Assembly (NCBI GenBank): GCA_043810635.1
Contig: JBDRNY010000025.1
Span: forward strand, 1-35,400
Length of the DNA: 35,400 bases
Source of the DNA: Candidatus Micrarchaeota archaeon
GTDB lineage: Archaea > Micrarchaeota > Micrarchaeia > Anstonellales > Anstonellaceae
Direction: 5' to 3'
The notes under the pieces are model-generated. The model was not told the DNA's origin. It saw nothing but the letters and a program-made list of their open reading frames with translations, and did no database searches. Positions within the stretch are counted from its first letter, which is position 1. The number at the start of each line of letters is the position of its first letter. The translations under genes and the position numbers were made by a program. This document shows positions 26,971-34,258 of the stretch, one piece after another.

Positions 26971-27771
26971 ATGGCAGAAACCCCCACTCCAACAAGAATG
27001 GAGTTGATAAAGGCAAGGAAAAAAATCAAATTGGCAAAGAAAGGGCACAAGCTGTTAAAGCAAAAAAGGGATGTGCTTATAATGGAATTTTTCAAAATAC
27101 TTTCCAAGGCAAAAGATTTGCGTACTGAATTAAACTGGGAAATGGCAAAAGCATACAAATCAATTGCAATCGCGCAGGCATACCACGGAGTGGCTGAAGT
27201 TGAAAATATTTCAATGTCAGTCTCCCGCGCCCCGGATGTGGGTATCGACGTGAAAAATGTCATGGGTTTGAAAATATCAAAAATAGAATCCGAATCTGTT
27301 GAATCAAAGCCCCTTCTGAAAAGGGGCTATTCAATTATCGGCTCATCCGCAAAAATTGACGATGCTTCCGAAGCATTTTCCAAAGCCCTTAATTTGGTAA
27401 TTCGCCTTGCAGAAACCGAAAACGCAATAAGAAAATTGATTAGGGAAATTGAAAAAACAAAAAGAAGGGTAAATGCATTGGAATTTGTAATGCTTCCCCG
27501 CCTCAATTCCCAGACAAAATCAATTTCCTTCAGATTAGAGGAAATGGAAAGGGATTCATTTGTCATGCTTAAAACAATAAAGCGAAAGCTTGCAAAAGCC
27601 CGGGAAGGCGAATCCCTCCCGCCCAAAATTTCCGCACAGAAATCTTCCCGCCCCAGAAAATTGAAAAAAATAACCCATTCTTCACGAAAAATAAAAAGAA
27701 AAATAAAAAAGAAAAAAATTACACACAAAAAAATAAGGAGGAAAGTTAAAAAGAGGAAGAGGGGAAGGTAA
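26971..27771 (+). CDS. atpD: A-type ATP synthase subunit D with ~57-aa polybasic C-terminal tail
   Basis: PTRMEL, GHKLLKQKRD, NVMG, EIEKTKRRVNALE, LEEMERDSF. Confidence 0.96.
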   Translation: MAETPTPTRMELIKARKKIKLAKKGHKLLKQKRDVLIMEFFKILSKAKDLRTELNWEMAKAYKSIAIAQAYHGVAEVENISMSVSRAPDVGIDVKNVMGLKISKIESESVESKPLLKRGYSIIGSSAKIDDASEAFSKALNLVIRLAETENAIRKLIREIEKTKRRVNALEFVMLPRLNSQTKSISFRLEEMERDSFVMLKTIKRKLAKAREGESLPPKISAQKSSRPRKLKKITHSSRKIKRKIKKKKITHKKIRRKVKKRKRGR

Positions 27772-27982
27772 TTTGGTATTTTAAATGGGAAAAGATTTTG
27801 AAGAATATTTCAACCAGCTTCTAGAACAACGAAAAAGATGCAGCCAAAAAATAAGTTGCCGCCTTACTCACAACATTTCCAGCCTTTCCCGCAACATTTC
27901 TACCTATTGCTGCCTTCATTCTCATCACCAGCATGCAATTATCCCAATATACATTTAAAAGCAATAATTCAGTTTCCCACCC

Positions 27983-30733
27983 ATGAGCGATCCAAAAATT
28001 CGGGGCAGCACGCATTCCAGTCCGAAGACAACTTCAGCTTCCCATACCAAACTGTCCGAATGGCATTCCAAGCCAGCATCTGATGTATTCAAGGAATTAA
28101 ATTCCTCCCACCACGGCCTCACACCCAAAGAAGCTTTAAGCAGGATTGAAAAATTTGGATACAATGAATTCAAGGAAACTAAAGAGCCATCCATATTAAT
28201 AGTATTTTTCAGGCAATTCAAATCCACAATAGTATTTCTTCTTCTTGCCGCCGCAGCCATTTCCTTTCTTCTTGGAGACATTTTGGAAGCCCAAATAATT
28301 ATTGCAATACTTGCAATAAATGCAATTATCGGCACTTACCATGAATTCAATGCGCAGAATGCCCTTTCCGCCCTAAAAAAATTCCAAACTCAGCGCGTAA
28401 ATGTTATGCGGGAAGGGTTTGAGGAAATAATAGACGCAAGAGAGGTTGTGCCCGGGGATGTAATTGTTTTGCGCGCAGGGGACAAAATTGCGGCGGACGG
28501 CAGGGTGTTTGAATCCGCCTCACTTACAATTGACGAATCAGTGCTTACTGGAGAGTCCAAGGCAGTAAGAAAAATAACCGACCCCCTTAAAGGCAAGCTG
28601 GCTCTTGCAGACAGGAAAAATATGCTATATTCCGGAACATTTGTCACTTCCGGCCGGGGGCTTTTTGTTGTTACAGAAACAAATGACAACACCGAAATAG
28701 GAAAAATATTTCTTGGCATAACTTCTGAAAAAGAGCTTTTCCCCCTGCAGATAAAAATAAACAAATTTTCCTCAAATTTGGGAAAAGCTTCAATTGCCGC
28801 AGTCACCCTCTTTATTGCAGTTTTTGCATTCATCCTCGGCCCCGAATTCAGCTACGGGTTTGAAACAGTGCTTGAATTGGCCATTGCTCAGGCGGTTGCA
28901 TTCATCCCAGAAGGGCTTCCCATAGTTATTACAATTGCGCTTGCTGTCGGAGTTTCGCAGATGGCAAAAAGAAATGCAATTACAAGAAAATTGCAGGCGA
29001 TTGAAACAATAGGCGGGGTGAGCATTTTATGCATTGACAAGACAGGCACCCTTACAATAAACAAAATGTCTGTGCAGGAAATAGTGCTTTCAAACAAAAG
29101 ATATTGCATCTCCGGCGACACCTATCTTGAATGCAAGGGAGAAAAATCAAAAGCTATCGAGCTTCCCGGCATACTCCCCCTCATCGAAACAGGGCTTTTG
29201 TGCAATGACTCTTCCTATGACAACCTTTCCCAGAGAAGGATTGGGGAGCCTATAGAAATTGCAATGACTGAATATGCATCAAAATTTTCATATGACAAAA
29301 ACAAATACAACCTTTCCCACCCCCGCGCAGGGGAGGTGCAATTTGACCCTAAAAACAAGTATATGATGACAGCAAACAAAGACGGGGAAAATTTGAAATT
29401 CCATTTGAAAGGCGCACCCGAAGTCGTGCTAAAATTCTGCACCAGCATTTTAATTGAGGGGCAGAAAAGAAGAATTATTTCCGCAGACAATGAATCTATT
29501 TCAAAGCTTACTTCAAAAATGGCAAAAGAAGGATTGCGGGTGCTTGCATATGCCCAAAAAACAGAGCAGAAAAAAATGGACAGCCTCACTTCAGGCTATA
29601 CATTCACAGGCTTGGTAGGATTCCGGGATCCGTTGCGTACTGATGCAGCGGAAACAATAAAGCGGGCGGAAGATGCGGGAATAAAAGTTGTTATGATAAC
29701 CGGAGACCACAAATTAACAGCCCAAAGCATTGCAAAGCAGGCGGGAATAATTTCATCTGCTTCAGACAGGGTGGTTGAAGGATTTCAGATTGAGCAGATG
29801 GGCAAAACACAGCTTGCAAAAATAATATTAAATATAAAAGTTTTTGCGCGCGTTACCGGCGAGCACAAGTCCATGATTGTTGATGGGTTCAAAAAGCACG
29901 GCTGCATTGTTGCAATGACAGGGGACGGCGTCAATGATGCGGTTGCATTAAAAGACGCCCATGTAGGTGTATCCCTCGGCTCTGGCACAGATGTTGCAAA
30001 AGAGGCGTCTGACATAGTAATAACAGACGACAAAATAACCAGCATAGTTGATGCAATAGAAGAGGGAAGGCGCTCATCTGTCAATGTAAGGAAAGTTATC
30101 AAATATTTGTTTGCAACAGATGTTACAGAAGTATTGTTTTTGCTTGCAATAATCCTCTCGCCTTTTTGGGCAGGCTCCCTCCTCCCCCTCGCCCTTCTTC
30201 CCATCCACATATTATTTGTAAATTTGGTAACAGACGGGGTATTGGATGTTTCATTGGCAACCGAGGGAAAGGAAAAGGATTTGATGAAATTAAAGCCAAA
30301 ATATTTTTCAGGCAAATTATTTTCCCGTGATGTGGTAAAATTTATTGCAATTTCCTCTATTATAATGGCATTGGGAATGTTTGTAACCTATTTATTCTAC
30401 CTCCCGTTCAACATTCCGCTTGCGCACAAGCAGACAATATTTTTCACCCTTCTTGCATTTTTCCAGATATGGAATTCCCAAAATGCCCGCTCCACCACCC
30501 AAAGCGCCTTCTCACTCGGCATTTTCAAAAACAAGTATTTGGTTGCGGCAACAATAATATCAATAGCAATACAATTGCTTGTAATCTACCACCCCTTCTT
30601 CAACGACTATTTGAAAACAATGCCCCTCTCCCTCTTTGACTGGGCAATAATAATCGGAATTTCCTCCTCAATATTTATCTCATTTGAATTACTGAAATTT
30701 TTACACAGAAGGGGAATCCGGACGCTTGCCTAA
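27983..30733 (+). CDS. P-type cation-transporting ATPase (type IIA/Ca2+-like)
   Basis: TGES, PEGL, DKTGT, KGAPE, DPLR, MITGD, TGDGVND, NLVTD. Confidence 0.93.
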   Translation: MSDPKIRGSTHSSPKTTSASHTKLSEWHSKPASDVFKELNSSHHGLTPKEALSRIEKFGYNEFKETKEPSILIVFFRQFKSTIVFLLLAAAAISFLLGDILEAQIIIAILAINAIIGTYHEFNAQNALSALKKFQTQRVNVMREGFEEIIDAREVVPGDVIVLRAGDKIAADGRVFESASLTIDESVLTGESKAVRKITDPLKGKLALADRKNMLYSGTFVTSGRGLFVVTETNDNTEIGKIFLGITSEKELFPLQIKINKFSSNLGKASIAAVTLFIAVFAFILGPEFSYGFETVLELAIAQAVAFIPEGLPIVITIALAVGVSQMAKRNAITRKLQAIETIGGVSILCIDKTGTLTINKMSVQEIVLSNKRYCISGDTYLECKGEKSKAIELPGILPLIETGLLCNDSSYDNLSQRRIGEPIEIAMTEYASKFSYDKNKYNLSHPRAGEVQFDPKNKYMMTANKDGENLKFHLKGAPEVVLKFCTSILIEGQKRRIISADNESISKLTSKMAKEGLRVLAYAQKTEQKKMDSLTSGYTFTGLVGFRDPLRTDAAETIKRAEDAGIKVVMITGDHKLTAQSIAKQAGIISSASDRVVEGFQIEQMGKTQLAKIILNIKVFARVTGEHKSMIVDGFKKHGCIVAMTGDGVNDAVALKDAHVGVSLGSGTDVAKEASDIVITDDKITSIVDAIEEGRRSSVNVRKVIKYLFATDVTEVLFLLAIILSPFWAGSLLPLALLPIHILFVNLVTDGVLDVSLATEGKEKDLMKLKPKYFSGKLFSRDVVKFIAISSIIMALGMFVTYLFYLPFNIPLAHKQTIFFTLLAFFQIWNSQNARSTTQSAFSLGIFKNKYLVAATIISIAIQLLVIYHPFFNDYLKTMPLSLFDWAIIIGISSSIFISFELLKFLHRRGIRTLA

Positions 30734-30747
30734 AAAGAAAAAACAAC

Positions 30748-30820
30748 TAGCCCCGATCGGAGTCGAACCGATGTCTTCAGGTTCAAAGCCTGACGTCCTT
30801 GGCCACTAGACTACGGGGCT
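30748..30820 (-). tRNA. tRNA-Gln (anticodon TTG), no intron, CCA not encoded
   Basis: AGCCCCG/CGGGGCT acceptor with the archaeal A1-U72 Gln pair, GTCT/GGAC D stem, TCAGG-CTTTGAA-CCTGA, ATCGG-TTCGACT-CCGAT. TATA-like tract ~30 nt upstream and T-tract downstream. Confidence 0.96.
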
Positions 30821-30951
30821 AAAAAACAGCATAAACTTAAGCCAGACAGGATTTAAAAAACAAAATCATATTCCACTGGAAAGCTGCCCCTTCCTTTTCC
30901 TTAAAAACAACTTTGCCCCTTCTAAAAATGCCTTCCGATAAGTTTATATGG

Positions 30952-30965
30952 TATGGCATGCCATA
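30952..30965. promoter_or_regulatory. Perfect 14-bp palindrome TATGGCATGCCATA just downstream of the TATA box (putative operator)
   Basis: TTTATATG at 30943-30950, then the palindrome, then ATG 30994. Confidence 0.6.
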
Positions 30966-30993
30966 TATCTAATGAGATGGTGCAGGGAAATAA

Positions 30994-31293
30994 ATGCACA
31001 TAATAAGGAAATGGGAATACACCTATCCCGGCGGGGACCTGGAAATTATCGAGGTAATCCAAACCCATGACAAAAAATATTCTCAAGGCATAAAGTTCAG
31101 TTTCTTATATCTGCGTTACGAGCCGCCCTCTGGTGCATACGTTCCCATGCTCGCAATAGACAATTCCCACGGACAAACCCACCTCCATTATCTGGGGCGC
31201 AAACCAATCCCGGTTAATTATGATTGGAAGCAGGCTCTAAGCGAGTTTGACAGGCTTGTAGAAGAATACCGAAAAAGAGAGGGGTTGTTATGA
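30994..31293 (+). CDS. DUF6516/TumE-like putative toxin
   Basis: GIKFSF...IDNSHGQTHLH motif; ATGA overlap with the following HTH gene. Confidence 0.7.
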   Translation: MHIIRKWEYTYPGGDLEIIEVIQTHDKKYSQGIKFSFLYLRYEPPSGAYVPMLAIDNSHGQTHLHYLGRKPIPVNYDWKQALSEFDRLVEEYRKREGLL

Positions 31294-31691
31294 TGGACAA
31301 ATATGACAAAATTCTTGCAAAAAGGAAGATAAAGACAATTAAATTCGAGATTAGTCCCCACAGGGATTTTCGCAAGCAAATGATTCGCGACATAGAGGCG
31401 GGCAAAGCGCAAAAGGAGGACTTAATTGTATACTTTGCGGACACAGAAACCTTTGCCAAATTTTTCACAAAAGAGAGGCTGCGCCTTCTAAGAACAATAA
31501 AAAATGAAAAGCCAAAATCTCTTTATGCATTGGCAAAAATGCTGAAAAGGGATTTCAAAAACGTGCAAACAGACGCAAAATTTCTTGAAACAACAAAGCT
31601 AATCACGCTTGAAAAATACAAAGTAGGAAAAAAGAAAAAATTGCGCCCAAGGACAAGCATTAAAAAAATAGAGTTGGAAATGGAAATATAG
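31290..31691 (+). CDS. HVO_A0114-family HTH DNA-binding protein (putative antitoxin)
   Basis: FTKERLRLLRTIKNEKPKSLYALAKMLKRDFKNVQTDAKFLE...LRP. Confidence 0.75.
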   Translation: MMDKYDKILAKRKIKTIKFEISPHRDFRKQMIRDIEAGKAQKEDLIVYFADTETFAKFFTKERLRLLRTIKNEKPKSLYALAKMLKRDFKNVQTDAKFLETTKLITLEKYKVGKKKKLRPRTSIKKIELEMEI

Positions 31692-31699
31692 GTGGTGCT

Positions 31700-32188
31700 A
31701 TGCTTTTGATGCAAATCAGCAAATTTTCAAAAAAGGCAGATTCCCTGTATGGCGCATCACAAATTCATGAAAAAAAATCACAGCATCATGCAGAAAAGGC
31801 AAAATCTGACAAAAATAATGCAAAAGTGCTGGCAAATTTTGCAAAAGATGCTGAAAATTTTGAAAAAAGCATGAATGTGTTGGCAAGAAGCAAACCTGAT
31901 AAAATAGGCGCAAATATATATGCATTGAAAGAAGCATTTTTCAATCTCAAATTAAGCACATATGCGCTTTATGACAGCACTTTGCCTGACAGATATAACG
32001 TGAAAACCCGTCTTGAAGGATATGCAAAGAAAATATACGAGTTTACACTTTCCCCATTTCTTACAAAGAAAAAAGACCAATTCCTAACCCTTGAAAATAT
32101 TTTAAAAGAAGCAAAAGAGCTTCCCAAGGTGCACAAATATCTGCGTGAGAAAAAAGAGAGACAAGATAGCTGGGAATGGGACAATTAG
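31700..32188 (+). CDS. Hypothetical helical protein, 162 aa
   Basis: GGTGG SD overlapping the previous stop; ends with a 4-nt convergent overlap with proS. Confidence 0.7.
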   Translation: MLLMQISKFSKKADSLYGASQIHEKKSQHHAEKAKSDKNNAKVLANFAKDAENFEKSMNVLARSKPDKIGANIYALKEAFFNLKLSTYALYDSTLPDRYNVKTRLEGYAKKIYEFTLSPFLTKKKDQFLTLENILKEAKELPKVHKYLREKKERQDSWEWDN

Positions 32189-33636
32189 TATTGTTTTGCA
32201 ACATAAACCCAATATTTGGCTTCCTGCCCTGAAACTATGCATTTCTCCCCAACAGGCGCGCTTTCCACAGGATATTTAATTCCCCTCACATCCCCTGAAA
32301 ATTTCTCTTTTATTTCATCAGCATATTTTTTCGCATCCTCTTCCAAAGAGCAGAATGGCACTTTTACCAATCCCCCTAATTTCAATTTCTCCCCCAATTC
32401 ATCCATTGTTTTTGCATAATGCATATTCCCAGCAAATTTCTTATCTGCTTTTTCCTTCAACCTTTCACTCAATCTTTTCCCTTCCTTTCTTATTTTTCCA
32501 ATCATTTCCCCAATATCTATTTTCATTCTGTCCTTTCCTTCAGCATCCCTTAATTTCATGCTAACATTTCCCTCATCAACTTCCTTTTGCCCGATTTCAA
32601 TCCTAATAGGCACTCCCCTCAATTCCCAATAATTATACTTATACCCCGGGGTATTTTCACTCTTATCCAGTTTCACCCTAAACCCAGAATCTTCTAAAAT
32701 AGCCAGCACTTTCCCCCCATATTCATTTATTTTTTTCATATCTTTCCCTTTGCCCGGAATTGGTACAATAACAATTTGCACCGGCGCAAAATCAAAACCC
32801 ATCATCAGCCCCCTATTATCCCCATGCACGCAAAACATTGCCCCATAAATTCTGGAAATAGCACACCCATAGCATGTTTGCCAAACATATTTTTTCTCTT
32901 CCTTTTCATCCTGAAATCCAACATTAAATGCTTTTGAAAAATTCTGCCCAAGCAAATGGGTGGAAGGCAATTGCAGCACTTTTCCGTCAGGCATCAAAGT
33001 ATCTGCCGCAAATGTATGCACTGCCCCCGGAAACTTGTCCCATTGCGGCCTTTGGAAAAATATAAAGGGCACACCTAATTTTTTATGCACTGCTTCCTCG
33101 CACATTTCAATATCTTCCTCAACCTGCGTCCACCCCTCTTTTTCAGTTGCAAATGCATCATGGGCTTCAATCCAGTAAAATTCCCTGCTTCTGAAAAATG
33201 GCTTAGTAGCTTTTGTTTCATATCTCCACACCTGGCATGATTGGTAAATTTTCAAAGGCAAATCACTTGCCCCCTGAATCCACAAAGAATACATCTGGTA
33301 CATGGCAGTTTCAGAAGTAGGCCTCATTGCCAATTTCTCTTCCAATTTATTATCCCCAGCTTTTTCAACCCAAAACACTTCAGGTATAAACCCTTTTACA
33401 TGCTCACTTTCAATTTTGAAATTTCTTTCAGGTATTAGTGCAGGAAACCATGCAGGCGCATGCCCCCTCTTGTCCAATTCCTCCTCATATGTGTCATACA
33501 TCAATTTCATTGTTTTAACAGACCAGGGGCAAAATACCACAAACCCTTTTACATTATACCTCAAATCGCACAATTCGGCATCTGCAATAACGGTATTAAA
33601 CCATTTGGAAAAATTCTTTTCCTTGTCAATGTTCAT
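32185..33636 (-). CDS. proS: Proline-tRNA ligase (archaeal/eukaryotic type)
   Basis: NFSKWF, RPTSET, RYETKATKPFFRSREF, HLLGQNF, WELRGVPIRIEIG, C-terminal AKQY. Confidence 0.96.
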   Translation of the reverse strand: MNIDKEKNFSKWFNTVIADAELCDLRYNVKGFVVFCPWSVKTMKLMYDTYEEELDKRGHAPAWFPALIPERNFKIESEHVKGFIPEVFWVEKAGDNKLEEKLAMRPTSETAMYQMYSLWIQGASDLPLKIYQSCQVWRYETKATKPFFRSREFYWIEAHDAFATEKEGWTQVEEDIEMCEEAVHKKLGVPFIFFQRPQWDKFPGAVHTFAADTLMPDGKVLQLPSTHLLGQNFSKAFNVGFQDEKEEKKYVWQTCYGCAISRIYGAMFCVHGDNRGLMMGFDFAPVQIVIVPIPGKGKDMKKINEYGGKVLAILEDSGFRVKLDKSENTPGYKYNYWELRGVPIRIEIGQKEVDEGNVSMKLRDAEGKDRMKIDIGEMIGKIRKEGKRLSERLKEKADKKFAGNMHYAKTMDELGEKLKLGGLVKVPFCSLEEDAKKYADEIKEKFSGDVRGIKYPVESAPVGEKCIVSGQEAKYWVYVAKQY

Positions 33637-33653
33637 ATTAAAGGTTTGGATAA

Positions 33654-33680
33654 AAAGAATAATAAACCTCGCCAATGTGC
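33654..33680 (+). repeat. 27-bp direct repeat, left copy
   Basis: AAAGAATAATAAACCTCGCCAATGTGC; 26/27 identical to 34206-34232. Confidence 0.9.
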
Positions 33681-33683
33681 CAT

Positions 33684-33920
33684 TTATCTGTGTTTTTTAT
33701 ACCGCCTTAAAAATTCCTCTCTTGTCATGCCCGCCTGCTTTATTATGCTGATTAGCGTTCCGACAAAAACTTCCTTGTGCATCGGAACAACCGGCTTGAA
33801 TTTTCTCCCTTCTTTTTCTTTTACCATAATAAGGTGGCTTCCTGTCTGGTCAAGCTTTGCAAACCCTGCTTTTGAAAGCAATTTTGCAATTTCCATCCCG
33901 GACAGCACCGGAAGCTTCAA
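33684..33920 (-). CDS. hicA: HicA family mRNA interferase toxin
   Basis: LPVLSG, GF...QTGSH, VPMH, GTLISIIKQAG. Confidence 0.92.
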   Translation of the reverse strand: MKLPVLSGMEIAKLLSKAGFAKLDQTGSHLIMVKEKEGRKFKPVVPMHKEVFVGTLISIIKQAGMTREEFLRRYKKHR

Positions 33921-34135
33921 ACCAGCACCTCAATCGGGGCTATGAGAAGGCGGAACTGCTTTTTTTGCAGAGCCTTTATTTCCTTTGCATCAGCGTGCTT
34001 GAGATAAAGCCCCAATGCTTCCTTGAGATTGGCAATAGCCCCGTCTATAGTTTTCCCCTGGCTTGCAATCTCAATTTCCAATGCTTTGGCAACATATCCC
34101 TTGCTTTCTTTTTGAATTACTGCTGTAAAACCCAT
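33917..34135 (-). CDS. hicB: Short HicB family antitoxin (no DNA-binding domain)
   Basis: FTAVIQKE..GYVA...ASQGKTIDGAIANLKEALGLYL; 4-nt overlap with hicA. Confidence 0.9.
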   Translation of the reverse strand: MGFTAVIQKESKGYVAKALEIEIASQGKTIDGAIANLKEALGLYLKHADAKEIKALQKKQFRLLIAPIEVLV

Positions 34136-34205
34136 ATCATCCCCATACTACTTTGCTTTCCCATGTATTTATATTATGCTGTTTGCCCCCGGAACAAAAT
34201 GCCGG

Positions 34206-34232
34206 AAAGAATATTAAACCTCGCCAATGTGC
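34206..34232 (+). repeat. 27-bp direct repeat, right copy
   Basis: AAAGAATATTAAACCTCGCCAATGTGC. Confidence 0.9.
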
Positions 34233-34258
34233 TAATAGCATAAAGTTGGGGTGCGCAA

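Noticed and set aside
26607..27728. Phe-rich antisense ORFs (26607..27263, 26773..27048, 27327..27728) that look like membrane proteins
   Set aside because: They are shadows of Lys/Glu-rich sense codons and A-rich repeats.
17150..27771. ATP synthase gene order as a novelty
   Set aside because: H-I-K-E-C-F-A-B-D is the canonical archaeal order.
557..33945. Many other 60-200 aa ORFs nested in or antisense to identified genes
   Set aside because: They overlap well-supported genes and show no recognisable motifs or initiation signals.
30748..34232. Integrated element at tRNA-Gln spanning both TA loci
   Set aside because: No integrase and no duplicated tRNA end seen; the TA genes lie on the tRNA 5' side; essential proS is in the middle.
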